Below, in pieces: positions 38,333 to 49,358 of a stretch of DNA of 64,000 nt (its first letter is position 1; the number at the start of each line of letters is the position of its first letter). Under the pieces are notes generated by a model. That model searched no databases. It had not been told where the DNA came from and saw nothing but the letters and a program-made list of their open reading frames with translations. This stretch comes from Treponema sp. GTDB taxonomy: Bacteria; Spirochaetota; Spirochaetia; Treponematales; Breznakiellaceae. The stretch spans positions 6,703-70,702 of the forward strand of contig WQSW01000003.1 of the NCBI GenBank assembly GCA_009787695.1. Reading direction: 5' to 3'. Position numbers and translations under genes: made by a program.

Positions 38333-39817
38333 ATGAAAAAGAAAGTGATCATTATAGGCGGCGGTATTGCAGGTCTTAGCGCGGGTGTTTATGCTCAAAA
38401 ATGCGGGTTTGATGTTACTATTTTAGAAAGCCATAGTATTGCAGGAGGAAATTGCACATCATGGAGAAGGGGAGAGTATTTATTTGAAGGCGGGATGCAC
38501 TGGCTGACAGGTTCTGGAAAAGAAGAAGCTCTTTATAAATCATGGTGTTATATAGGAGCGTTAGGTGACAATGTTGTTGTACATAATGATGAGCCTTTTA
38601 TTGAATATATACATAATGGAAAATCTGTTTATATTTACAGAGATGTAAACAAGACAGAGCGTCATTTACTGGATATATCTCCTGAAGATGCAAAACAAAT
38701 TCATTGGCTTTGCGATAAAATCAGAAGCATAAAAAATCTTTCTATGCCGATAACGGATGTTCGCGGTGTAAAGGTAACAAAAAAAATGAAAATGCCGTTG
38801 TCACTTTTATTCTCTGCAATGTCTAGTCTTCGCGTAATAAAAGAAGTTACCAAGCTTTCAAGAGAGGCGTTTATTAGCAGTATTCAGCATACCGGCATAC
38901 AGGAATTAATTAGAGCATTTTCAGATGATGTAGGCGGTATTTTACCGATGCTCTTTACTTTCGGGACATTGGCGCGCGGCGACGGCGGCTTCCCCGAAGG
39001 AGGCTCGCTTCCTTTTGTAAACCGTATAGTTAAAACTTTTACCGCGATGGGCGGAGAACTGCTGTGCAATACACGTGCTGATAAAGTATTAATTGAAAAC
39101 GGAAAAGCGGTTGGTGTTATAGCCTGCGGCAAAAAACTTTCTGCCGATGCTGTAATTGTTACCGCTGATACAATGGCGATAGATCATCTTTTTGATGTTC
39201 CGTTAAAAGCAAAATGGCTGAATAAAATGAAAGAAGTAACATCGCCGACAATGGGAATATTTATTTCTTTGGGAATTAATTCCGATTTAAAAAAATATAA
39301 TAAATCATTAACTTTTAAATTAAAAATGCCAATCAAATTTTCTAACCAAAGATACGATTATCTAAGCATATACAATTATGCAAACAATTCTGCCTATTCA
39401 CCTAACGGCAAGTCAGCTGTTACACTTATGCTCGGCGGAGACACTTATGATTTCTGGAAAAAGGCAAAAAAAGAAAATTGTTATGAAGATGAAAAGAAAA
39501 ATATTGCCGATGCTGTTGTCACAGCACTTTCAGCGCAGTTTCCTGAAATAAGAGGAAATATAGAAATTGTTGATGTTGCGACACCTCTTACTTATGAACG
39601 CTACTGTGCAAATTGGAAAGGCTCATGGATGACCGATATGAAACCGGGTAAAGGCATGAAAAAATACCCGGCTGTTATCAAAGGAATAAAAGGCGTATAT
39701 TTTGCAGGACATCGCATGATGCCGCCCGGAGGTTTACCTGTCGCGCTTGTAAGCGGACGGGAAGCTGTTCAATATCTTTGCCGTGATACAAATACTTTAT
39801 TTGTCAGTGAGGATTAG
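38333..39817 (+). CDS. phytoene desaturase (CrtI)-family NAD(P)/FAD-dependent oxidoreductase
   Basis: 494 aa. N-terminal dinucleotide fold VIIIGGGIAGLSAG and C-terminal YFAGHRMMPPGGLP, typical of amine-oxidase/CrtI-like flavoproteins. Confidence 0.75.
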   Translation: MKKKVIIIGGGIAGLSAGVYAQKCGFDVTILESHSIAGGNCTSWRRGEYLFEGGMHWLTGSGKEEALYKSWCYIGALGDNVVVHNDEPFIEYIHNGKSVYIYRDVNKTERHLLDISPEDAKQIHWLCDKIRSIKNLSMPITDVRGVKVTKKMKMPLSLLFSAMSSLRVIKEVTKLSREAFISSIQHTGIQELIRAFSDDVGGILPMLFTFGTLARGDGGFPEGGSLPFVNRIVKTFTAMGGELLCNTRADKVLIENGKAVGVIACGKKLSADAVIVTADTMAIDHLFDVPLKAKWLNKMKEVTSPTMGIFISLGINSDLKKYNKSLTFKLKMPIKFSNQRYDYLSIYNYANNSAYSPNGKSAVTLMLGGDTYDFWKKAKKENCYEDEKKNIADAVVTALSAQFPEIRGNIEIVDVATPLTYERYCANWKGSWMTDMKPGKGMKKYPAVIKGIKGVYFAGHRMMPPGGLPVALVSGREAVQYLCRDTNTLFVSED

Positions 39818-39869
39818 GAAAGCAAAGTTTTTAATTACGATTTATTCAAATATTAACAATAGTTTGCTT

Positions 39870-41115
<1,246 letters not shown>

Positions 41116-41235
41116 GGTTTTATTATAACCGTCTTGATTATTTTTGAAAAGATGTAAGAAAATAATTGAAAAAGCTGGATTTTCCTATAAAAAATATGAT
41201 ATAATGCACTCATAATAGCTCAATATTTCGGTGTT

Positions 41236-41263
41236 GGGGGGGGGCGAAAGCCCCCAAATTTTT
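41236..41263 (+). promoter_or_regulatory. G9 homopolymer-containing hairpin plus T5 (terminator/attenuator-like) in the leader of the NYN pseudogene
   Basis: GGGGGGGGG (41236-41244), cgaaag, CCCCC (41251-55), aaa, TTTTT (41259-63). An extended -10 TGATATAAT at 41196-41204 lies upstream, and the ATG is at 41269. Confidence 0.4.
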
Positions 41264-41268
41264 AAGTA

Positions 41269-41830
41269 ATGATAATACGAATATACATAGATGGATATAA
41301 CTTGTTTTACGGCAGGTTAAAACATAAAGATGATAGCACTGTAAATATTCATCGCCGAAAATTTAGATGGCTTGATCCTAAGAAACTGGTAGAGCAATTT
41401 TTACATGGTGATTACGAAATTGCTCAAATTAATTTCTATACAACAGATGTGGATGCTCTGTATATAGGAGATAAATCTCCTTCAAGACAACAGGAATATT
41501 ACAGAGCTTTAATGACTATTGAAAATTTAACTATTTTTAAAGGCAGATTCTCTAAAAATCACTCAATGATGCCTGTTTATCCTCTTAAATTAATTACGAA
41601 TCCAGATGGAACAACTATTTTACAAAAACAACTTGTGTTAAAAACAGAAGAAAAACGCTCAGATGTTAATATTGCCGCATGAAAAATATTGTTATGATTT
41701 TGTAAAAGAACTTAGCACTAAGTGTATGAGGAAAATCCAAGAAAAACATATAATTGCCGCTCAATTTCCTGATGAAATACGGGATGCTGCAAATACACTT
41801 ATTGCAAAACGTCCATTAAAGTGGACTTGA
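41269..41830 (+). pseudogene. NYN/LabA-like (PIN-related) domain gene disrupted by internal deletion and frameshift
   Basis: The N-terminal 137 aa (IRIYIDGYNLFYG...EEKRSDVNIAA*) stop at 41682 where DSDL-type core motifs should follow. The family-typical C-terminus (...KHIIAAQFPDEIRDAANTLIAKRPLKWT*) continues in the +1 frame to 41830. About 70-80 central residues are missing. Confidence 0.7.
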
Positions 41831-41900
41831 AAAATATTTAATAACTCAGTTTTTACGGTGTATAGTTAACTTTTTTCAAGTTATTCTATATAATGTTTCT

Positions 41901-42503
41901 ATGTTTAATTTCTGCCCGTCATGTTCATCCAAAAAAATATCTTTTAAAGAAGGGAAAATTTTCCGCTGTCCCGATTGCGGTTTTGTTTATTACCATAATA
42001 TAGCCGCCGCAACCGGTTGTCTGATCATCGTACCTGATGATGCAAACTCTGTTTGTGGTGAAACGGAGCTTTGCAGTAAAATAATTAGCGGGCAAAATTT
42101 TCGCTTGGTATTTTTGGTTCGCGGTAAAGAGCCCTCTGCCGGAAAACTCGATCTTCCGGGTGGTTTTGTTGATATAGGCGAAGGCGTTTTTGAAGGGCTT
42201 TACCGTGAACTGCAGGAAGAAATAAGGTGGACACCTTGTATAGGCGAAGGTAAAAATTTGAAAGATGTTTTTTCTTTATTTGCTTCGTTTTCCAATGTTT
42301 ATAAATACAAAGGTATTGATTACAATACCTGCGATATGTATTTTTCTGTAATTGCACCTAACTTAAAACCTGAGGATTTATATCTTGAAAAAGCTGAAGT
42401 TTCGGAAGTACGTTTTTTAAAACCAGAAGAAATTGATTTTTCTGAGTTTGCGTTTCCGTCTACGATTAAAGCTGTTAAAACTTTTTTGAATATAAGTTTT
42501 TAA
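41901..42503 (+). CDS. NUDIX hydrolase with N-terminal zinc ribbon (NudC-like architecture)
   Basis: 200 aa. CPSC..CPDC zinc ribbon. Nudix box [20 protein letters not shown] (Gx5Ex7REUxEE). Confidence 0.85.
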   Translation: MFNFCPSCSSKKISFKEGKIFRCPDCGFVYYHNIAAATGCLIIVPDDANSVCGETELCSKIISGQNFRLVFLVRGKEPSAGKLDLPGGFVDIGEGVFEGLYRELQEEIRWTPCIGEGKNLKDVFSLFASFSNVYKYKGIDYNTCDMYFSVIAPNLKPEDLYLEKAEVSEVRFLKPEEIDFSEFAFPSTIKAVKTFLNISF

Positions 42504-44257
42504 TTCTTCTTTGCACTAACAGAGTTTGCAATTTTACCCCAAGTGTCGCGTAACCCTACCGTTTTGTTAAACACAAGTTTTCCGTTTTCACAAACAGAGT
42601 TTGCATTTTCAAGGTCGCGTGTAAAATAACCGAGCCTTTCAAATTGGAGAGGCTCTCCCGTTTTTGCATTTGCGATTGCTGGTTCTCCCCATGCGTTTGT
42701 GATTGTTTCAAGCGAAGCGGGATTTAAGTTATCTGTAAAAATGCCGGGGCTGCCGTCTGCGCGCTGAGCGATTTCCATCGGTCTTTCTGTACTGAAAAGG
42801 TAATCATAAAGACGCGCTTCAAAGGGGATCGCTTTCTGAGCGGATACCCAGTGTATCGTTCCTTTTACTTTGCGGTTGTCAGCTGCGTTTCCGCCTTTTG
42901 TTTGGGGATCGTAGGTGCAGCGGACAGCGGTAATGTTTCCGTCTGCGTCCTTGTCAAAACCTGTGCAGGTGATGATGTACGCATAACGCAAGCGGACGGA
43001 GTTTCCGGGAAAGAGACGGAAATATTTCGGCGGAGGCGTTTCTTCAAAATCTTCGCGCTCTATCCACAATTCGCGGGTGAACGGTACTTTGCGGCTTCCC
43101 GCACTTTCATCTTCGGGGTTATTCACTGCATCAAGTTCTTCGACTTTTCCTTCTTCCCAATTTTCGATTATTAATTTGAGAGGGCGCAAGACAGCCATGA
43201 CACGTAACGCGCGTTTGTTTAAATCTTCGCGCAGGCAGTATTCAAGAAAGGCGATATCTACCATGCTGTCTGTTTTTGCAATGCCGATCTGTGATACGAA
43301 ATTGCGTATCGCCTGCGAAGTGTAGCCTCTGCGGCGCAAGCCCGCTATAGTCGGCATGCGCGGATCGTCCCAGCCTGAGACGTATTTTTCCTGAACAAGT
43401 TTTAACAGCAGGCGTTTGCTCATAACGGTGTAAGATAAATTAAGACGGGCAAACTCAATCTGACGTGAAGGGAAAACTTCCGCTTCGCGGATAAACCATT
43501 CGTAAAGCGGGCGGTGGATCTCGTATTCAAGAGAACACAGCGAGTGGGTGATTCCCTCTTTTGCATCAGACAATGGATGCTGAAAATCGTACATGGGATA
43601 AATGCACCACGAATTGCCTGTGCGGTAATGATGCTCGCGTCTTATTCTGTACATGACAGGGTCTCGCATGATCAAATTAGGATGCGTCATATCGATTTTT
43701 GCACGCAAGGTTTTTGCGCCGTCTGCAAATTCACCTGCTTTCATTTTGGCAAAGAGATCAAGATTTTCTTCGACAGAACGATCCCTGTAAGGGCTGTTCT
43801 TGCCGGGCGGGGTATCTGTTATATTATTCTTATCCGCAACCGCAGTACCTCTGTACTCGCTGATTTGTGCATCAGTCAAATCATCAACATATGCTTTTCC
43901 TTTTTTGATGATCTTGATTGCAAGTTCGTAAAGGTAATCGTAATAATCTGATGCATAATATTCGCGGTCTTCCCAATCGTAGCCCATCCATTTTATATCG
44001 CGCTTGATTGCCTCGACATAGGAGATATCTTCCTTCTCAGGGTTTGTATCGTCAAAGCGAAGGTTGCACTTTCCGTTGAACCGCTGTGCCATTGAAAAGT
44101 CGATAAAAAATGCCTTGCAGTGCCCGATGTGCAGCCAGCCGTTCGGTTCGGGCGGGAAGCGTGTGTGTACGTAAGTAAATCGTCCTGACGCTAAATCTTC
44201 TTTTATAAATTCGCTGATAAAGTCTGTTCCTGCACAATCATCGTTTGGGTTAATCAT
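42500..44257 (-). CDS. glnS: glutamine--tRNA ligase
   Basis: 585 aa. [16 protein letters not shown] (HIGH), VMSKR (KMSKS). Class I GlnRS architecture with a C-terminal anticodon-binding beta-barrel region. Confidence 0.95.
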   Translation of the reverse strand: MINPNDDCAGTDFISEFIKEDLASGRFTYVHTRFPPEPNGWLHIGHCKAFFIDFSMAQRFNGKCNLRFDDTNPEKEDISYVEAIKRDIKWMGYDWEDREYYASDYYDYLYELAIKIIKKGKAYVDDLTDAQISEYRGTAVADKNNITDTPPGKNSPYRDRSVEENLDLFAKMKAGEFADGAKTLRAKIDMTHPNLIMRDPVMYRIRREHHYRTGNSWCIYPMYDFQHPLSDAKEGITHSLCSLEYEIHRPLYEWFIREAEVFPSRQIEFARLNLSYTVMSKRLLLKLVQEKYVSGWDDPRMPTIAGLRRRGYTSQAIRNFVSQIGIAKTDSMVDIAFLEYCLREDLNKRALRVMAVLRPLKLIIENWEEGKVEELDAVNNPEDESAGSRKVPFTRELWIEREDFEETPPPKYFRLFPGNSVRLRYAYIITCTGFDKDADGNITAVRCTYDPQTKGGNAADNRKVKGTIHWVSAQKAIPFEARLYDYLFSTERPMEIAQRADGSPGIFTDNLNPASLETITNAWGEPAIANAKTGEPLQFERLGYFTRDLENANSVCENGKLVFNKTVGLRDTWGKIANSVSAKKN

Positions 44258-44280
44258 ATTCTTTCCTTTAAATTAATTCT

Positions 44281-44877
44281 TTAAAAATTTGTCAGATAAC
44301 ACAGACCGAGTAATAAGACAGCCCATGCAATTTTTTCGTCTTTTAATTCTTTATATAAATATAGTTTGCTCCCGTACCACCAAAAAAGACCCATTTGCGC
44401 ATCGATACGGAATGTGTACTCGGTAAAATCTTCTTTCTCACTTTGAGCGCCGAATAAAAGGTAAGCAAGTTCATCTAAAATGGTGCTGAAATCTTCGATC
44501 GCTTTTGCAAAATTCCTGCCGTTTTTTGCCGCGCTCTCAATTGTATCCATCAATGTAGGAACACCGTCTTGAAGGTTATTTTTACGGTTTTCGTCGGATT
44601 TTTCTACCCATGTTTTTTTAATCAGTAAATCAAGGTTATTTTGGAAATTACTAAGGAATTTATGTAATTCCCCGCTTTGCTTTTCCAGTGAAAGCAGACG
44701 CTGATATTCAATGCCGATTCCAAGTGTTTTAGCGAATTCTGCCGATGCCTTCAAATCCGGGGTTAGGCTTTTAAAAATACCGTCTTTTGGGAACAAGCGG
44801 TCTGCCGCCTTTCGGTACTCGCTGGGGAGTGTAAAGGGTTTTGATGGCTGACCTCTATACATAAGAACAAGATGCAT
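44281..44877 (-). CDS. hypothetical protein
   Basis: 198-aa ORF ending 23 bp upstream of glnS on the same strand. Helical, with a hydrophobic C-terminal segment (AWAVLLLGLCYL). No recognisable motif. Confidence 0.5.
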   Translation of the reverse strand: MHLVLMYRGQPSKPFTLPSEYRKAADRLFPKDGIFKSLTPDLKASAEFAKTLGIGIEYQRLLSLEKQSGELHKFLSNFQNNLDLLIKKTWVEKSDENRKNNLQDGVPTLMDTIESAAKNGRNFAKAIEDFSTILDELAYLLFGAQSEKEDFTEYTFRIDAQMGLFWWYGSKLYLYKELKDEKIAWAVLLLGLCYLTNF

Positions 44878-44930
44878 AGAATTTAAAAAATAGTCAAGAT
44901 ATCTATTTAGAAATTTATTTAAAAATCTGT

Positions 44931-46745
44931 TTATTGAATATTTATATAGAACCTTTCCAGATATGCAATCCGCCTTCGTGCATCAGAGAGACGGGTACTT
45001 TGAGGATATTCATTTACAAGCCGTTTATAATAATCCAGCGAAAGTAAAATGTTTCTGCTGGGAGTATTTGCTTCGTAGTATTGACCAAGCAGCCAATACA
45101 CTTCATCACTGCCGTTAGGGTAGTGCGTCATATATTGATCGAGTAAAGTTATCGCACCTGAAGCATTTCCCGCGTCAAATGTTTCTTTTGCTTTTTGCAG
45201 CAGCATGTTAGGTGCAATAACTTCCTGAGTTTCAGAAACGGCAGGTGAAGTTTCCTGTATGTTTCTTGTTTCTGTTCTTTCTGATGTCTGTGCTGAAACA
45301 ACCGGTTCTGCAGCATTTTGCCGAACTTCCTGAGCTGATGCTGTTTGCGATGCAGATTGCTGTGTTGCAGTTTGCTGCGAAGGAAGCGTTCTTTCTGATG
45401 AAGGTGTTGCTGTTTGAGGGCTTTGTGTTGGCGTAAAAACAGCAGTTTCAGAAGGTCTTGCCGTCCTTCCGCTTTCAAGCCGTTTTTGCATTTCTGCTTC
45501 TTCAATTGCAGAGGGCCAGCGCGGTTCTGCTATTACTCTGCTGCGATCAAACGGAGAGTTAAACCATCCCGTTGCTGATGCGGCAGCTTCGCCTGCTATG
45601 ATTTGGACATAATCATTTATGATATATCCTCTTGTAAAATCTTCTTTGTAAAATTTTAATGTAAATGTTCCCGGCTCTTCTACAGAGAAAATAAAACTCA
45701 TGCCTTCCTGTTCAGATCGGCGTGAATTATAAACAATACCTCTCCGCGATGCCAATTCGCCTAAGAAAACCCATCCGTTTCCGCGAAAAGGAATCTCAAT
45801 TATTTGCCCCACCGTTACGCGAATTATCCTTGAAAAAACAATACCGCCTTCTGCAGGTTCAATTCTTGCGGAAGGAGCGGACGGAAACTCATTACGAAAA
45901 GGAGGAATAAGTCTTTCTGCAGACGGTGTTTCAGGCTGCGTCTCTGTTTCTTTTGCTTCTTCTTGCACAGCTAAAGCAGCTTGAGGCTGTTCTATTACTG
46001 CAGGCTGTACCGGCTGCGGTCTTACTTGTTGCGGCTGTGTTTGCTGTTGTGCCGACTGTTGTTGTTGAGCTTGCGGCTGTGTTTGTGCTGGTGTCTGCGG
46101 CTGAGCTTGCTGTTGAGCCGGCTGTTGCTGTTGAGCTTGAGGTTGTGTTTGTGCCTGCGGTTGAGCTTGTTGTTGTGCCGGCTGTTGTTGTTGAACTTGA
46201 GGTTGTGTTTGAGCCAGTGTCTGCTGTTGAGCTTGAGGCTGTGTTTGAACTTGTGTTGCCTGTTCTTGCAGCAGAGTTTCATCCTGCACAAATGGAGATG
46301 AAAGTAAATCTTGTATGTTCGGATTCTGATCAAGATCGTTATTTTGATGAGATGCAATAAGGTCTTCAATTGATTTTAATTCATTTGCAGAAGAAATTTC
46401 AGAAAGAGTATCTTCTTCTTGATCCGGCAAACTCTGTTCGAGACCTGTTTCTTCATACCTTGTTTGAGTTATTTCTAATTCTGCAGGAACAGATTTAACA
46501 TTTTCTTTTGGTTCTTCAGCAATAAGATCAGAATCCTCTTTTGAATCATCTTTTATTAAAATTTCTTCTTTGATAATTTCATTTGTTAATTCATTATTTG
46601 TTGCTTCTGATTTTTTTTCATCAGTTTTAGTTTCTGTTCTTGGCGGCGGAAGTTGGTCTGCCGGTAAAAAACGGTGCGGAGGATTTCCCTTACAAGAAAA
46701 TATTATTAAAAACGCTGATATTAAAATTAAATAAGAAATTTTCAT
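44931..46745 (-). CDS. Gln/Pro-rich repeat lipoprotein with C-terminal TPR-like (YbgF/BamD-type) domain
   Basis: 604 aa. Lipobox IIFSC. Acidic N-terminal region, ~85-aa Q/P/A/T low-complexity tract, a globular middle domain, and C-terminal TPR-like helices (YWLLGQYYE.., NEYPQSTRLSDARRRI). Confidence 0.75.
   Translation of the reverse strand: MKISYLILISAFLIIFSCKGNPPHRFLPADQLPPPRTETKTDEKKSEATNNELTNEIIKEEILIKDDSKEDSDLIAEEPKENVKSVPAELEITQTRYEETGLEQSLPDQEEDTLSEISSANELKSIEDLIASHQNNDLDQNPNIQDLLSSPFVQDETLLQEQATQVQTQPQAQQQTLAQTQPQVQQQQPAQQQAQPQAQTQPQAQQQQPAQQQAQPQTPAQTQPQAQQQQSAQQQTQPQQVRPQPVQPAVIEQPQAALAVQEEAKETETQPETPSAERLIPPFRNEFPSAPSARIEPAEGGIVFSRIIRVTVGQIIEIPFRGNGWVFLGELASRRGIVYNSRRSEQEGMSFIFSVEEPGTFTLKFYKEDFTRGYIINDYVQIIAGEAAASATGWFNSPFDRSRVIAEPRWPSAIEEAEMQKRLESGRTARPSETAVFTPTQSPQTATPSSERTLPSQQTATQQSASQTASAQEVRQNAAEPVVSAQTSERTETRNIQETSPAVSETQEVIAPNMLLQKAKETFDAGNASGAITLLDQYMTHYPNGSDEVYWLLGQYYEANTPSRNILLSLDYYKRLVNEYPQSTRLSDARRRIAYLERFYINIQ
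46005..46265. repeat. imperfect tandem repeat encoding the (QPQAQ/QQQPA)n tract
   Basis: Recurring CTGTTG/TTGAGC/TTGTGC units with about a 54-60 bp period. They translate on the minus strand as QPQAQTQPQAQQQQPAQQQA-type repeats. Confidence 0.8.
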
Positions 46746-47137
46746 GGAACACGCTCCAAGATTTTATCTATTTCAATTTCAATTTTTTCTCGCCACTGTT
46801 CTTCTCCCTGCCTTAAAGGATCCTGCCAAAAAAGTTCTGCATCTTCTTGTGTCCAGCTTGTTTTTCTGTCACGCTCAAGGAGTACTCCCGGAACAAAATC
46901 AGGTTCATCAGGTAAAAGCAATTCTCCTGCAGGAATAGGAGAAATAATCTCAGTTCTTTCAATTTCGGCGGGCTTTTCTGTTTTTCTGGCTGATAATGAT
47001 ATTAAAACCGCTAAAGTAAGAAACAGGGTGAAAACACCTGTGCAAAGAAGCGCCAACTGCCGCTTCTGCACAGCAGTCAATGCAAGAAACCAATCCTTAA
47101 TTACTTGAATTATCTTACCCAAAAGTCCCCTCAGCAA
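46742..47137 (-). CDS. hypothetical single-pass membrane protein
   Basis: 131 aa. One TM segment (LALLCTGVFTLFLTLAVLISL). The stop overlaps the start of the downstream lipoprotein gene (ATGA), implying translational coupling. Confidence 0.55.
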   Translation of the reverse strand: MLRGLLGKIIQVIKDWFLALTAVQKRQLALLCTGVFTLFLTLAVLISLSARKTEKPAEIERTEIISPIPAGELLLPDEPDFVPGVLLERDRKTSWTQEDAELFWQDPLRQGEEQWREKIEIEIDKILERVP

Positions 47138-47171
47138 AAGTATATCATATTCTTCTATTTTAATGTAACAA

Positions 47172-48089
47172 TTATTCTAAAAAATTTATAATTTTTTCTC
47201 GAATTATATTCCATGCCGCAGGTGATACACACTTATCATCAATAATTAAATGATGATAAGTTGGTGTAATTTCCGCGCTCGCAAACTCAGTTTTTGTATT
47301 TGTCACAGTTTCAATATTCCAATTAGAAAGATTAAAATTTGAAATAATTTTTCTTAATTTAGAAATATTGATTAATTCATCTTTAGGATTAATAAAAATT
47401 AATGCAGGAATATTACAATTTGCAAATTCACTTTTGTATAAATTATTTTCCAATTCAAAAAGCGCTTTGTATGCAGAAATTGAAACTCCTTTTTGTGCTT
47501 GATATTCAATCGGCGCTATGCTTTTAATTATTGATTTATCAGAAAGAAAAATATCTGCGGTAAAAATACCTGTACGGGCTATTCCTTTTATTGCAATAGC
47601 CGGTGCGAAAAGTATTATTTTTGAAAAAATAACATCATTATTATGAATTAAATTTGTATAAACAAGCGCACCAAGTGAAAATGCAGCAAGATATATCGGG
47701 AGATTATTTTTTCTCGCAATTTCTGCAGCTTCTTGATACTGTAAATATGCCGAATTCAGCCAATCGTTTGCATTAATATTTTGCATTTCTTCAATCGTTC
47801 CGCCGTGTCCCGGCAGTACTATGCGGTAAACATTATAGCCTTCTTTTAAAAACAATTTAACAAGTGTTCCGTCTGTATTATCATCACCCATTTTTGAAGG
47901 GTTCGTATTTAAGCCATGTGCGGTAATTACAATACCCTTTACAGGAGATACTTCTGTTTCAAAATATTTTACGTAATCTGTAAAATATTTTATTTGGATA
48001 TTATTTGTTGATTTACAAGATGAAAGTATCAGTAAACAAATAAATATATTTACAGCAACCTTAGCTAACACCTTTAAATTTATTTTCAT
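47172..48089 (-). CDS. alpha/beta hydrolase lipoprotein
   Basis: 305 aa. Lipobox ILSSC. HGLN oxyanion-like region. The nucleophile elbow is AFSLGA (a GxSxG variant). Very AT-rich. Confidence 0.7.
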   Translation of the reverse strand: MKINLKVLAKVAVNIFICLLILSSCKSTNNIQIKYFTDYVKYFETEVSPVKGIVITAHGLNTNPSKMGDDNTDGTLVKLFLKEGYNVYRIVLPGHGGTIEEMQNINANDWLNSAYLQYQEAAEIARKNNLPIYLAAFSLGALVYTNLIHNNDVIFSKIILFAPAIAIKGIARTGIFTADIFLSDKSIIKSIAPIEYQAQKGVSISAYKALFELENNLYKSEFANCNIPALIFINPKDELINISKLRKIISNFNLSNWNIETVTNTKTEFASAEITPTYHHLIIDDKCVSPAAWNIIREKIINFLE

Positions 48090-48159
48090 ATGCTATTTTA
48101 ATTTTGAGTTTCTTTTACTATGTAGTCAATGGGGTTTTCCGATAAGTATAAACCGCAGT

Positions 48160-49248
48160 TCAATTAATAAATTTTAAAGTTAACAATAACGGCAAATGAT
48201 CGCTTAACCCCAATCCTGAGCGTGTGTTATATGCAACAGGGACACCGCTTGCATTTGCAAACGGTGCGGAATTTACTATCACAGTTTTTTCATATTCAAA
48301 CCCCTTATTATTAAAGAAATGATTAGAAATTAAAAAGTGATCGATGGTTTCCCAATCGTTTTTGTAAAAATAACTGCCGTTTTCAAGTTCGTTCATCCAA
48401 GGAGAGTAAAATACAATCGAATCATTTGGAAAATGAACAGGTAAGGGAGGTTTATTTTTACTGATAACAAGAAAATCTTTTTGAATGCCGGAACTTAATT
48501 GAGCGCAATACGGATCATCAGGAAGAAGTGCGCAGATCATCGATGCATTTTGTCTGTAAAATTCATCATAATTAAGATTTAAATCTCCTGCAATTATAAT
48601 TCCAAGATCAGGCTTTTCTTTTTGCAATTCACGTACACGCCTTAAAATTACTCTTGCGCTTGCTCTGCGTATATTTTCTGTAGCAGCATCGCCTCCAATT
48701 TTTGATTTCCAGTGACATACAAAAAGAACGAAATTTTCTGTGTCAATTTCTACTCTTGCTTCGAGTACGGGGCGCGGAGTTGTATCATCATCAATGCTGA
48801 TGGAGTGAGTTTTTATTTCCGTTAAAGGATAACGGCTCATTACACCTAACCCTATTGCAGAGCCGGGATTAGAAGCAAAATGACTCCACGAATAACCGCT
48901 CTTCATTGAATGAGCGATATCTTCAATTGTTCTTAGCGATTCGAGTTCCATCAACATGATGATATCCGGCAGCGGATCGATTCTGCCAATCGCATCCGAT
49001 ATTGTGTTTAGCCTGCCAAGATATTTTTCCGCCGACCAGCCTGATGATTGCAGAAATTCATCGTACTCATTACCGTTATCTTCTCCGTCGAAAAGATTGT
49101 GAACATTCCATGTCATCAACCTAAGAGATTCTGCAAACTTTGTTTGAGACCCGGAAGACTCTCCTGCTTCTTCGTTAATGACACATGCCGCGCATCCTGT
49201 CAGAAGAAACCCCATAAAAAAGACAAACCAAAACTTTTGATTTTTCAT
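48160..49248 (-). CDS. endonuclease/exonuclease/phosphatase (EEP) family lipoprotein
   Basis: The start at 49248 (MKNQKFW..) follows GGAGG. Lipobox LLTGC. EEP landmarks: WNVHNLFD, LMELE, GDLNLNYD, and C-terminal SDHLPL. Confidence 0.8.
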   Translation of the reverse strand: MKNQKFWFVFFMGFLLTGCAACVINEEAGESSGSQTKFAESLRLMTWNVHNLFDGEDNGNEYDEFLQSSGWSAEKYLGRLNTISDAIGRIDPLPDIIMLMELESLRTIEDIAHSMKSGYSWSHFASNPGSAIGLGVMSRYPLTEIKTHSISIDDDTTPRPVLEARVEIDTENFVLFVCHWKSKIGGDAATENIRRASARVILRRVRELQKEKPDLGIIIAGDLNLNYDEFYRQNASMICALLPDDPYCAQLSSGIQKDFLVISKNKPPLPVHFPNDSIVFYSPWMNELENGSYFYKNDWETIDHFLISNHFFNNKGFEYEKTVIVNSAPFANASGVPVAYNTRSGLGLSDHLPLLLTLKFIN

Positions 49249-49358
49249 AACAACCTCCAAAAATTGATATACTATATATGGGTTGCAGATGCGTGACGCT
49301 TGACTGAAAATGAAAAAAAGTGAAAAATTTTTTATAAATATTTTTTCGGATTGTTATT

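Noticed and set aside
45926-46369. Three overlapping ORFs (144 aa and 106 aa on plus, 115 aa on minus) in the Q/P-rich tract
   Set aside because: These are low-complexity repeat DNA read in alternative or antisense frames (poly-Leu/Val/Ala or Lys/His/Asn strings). The 604-aa lipoprotein frame explains the region.
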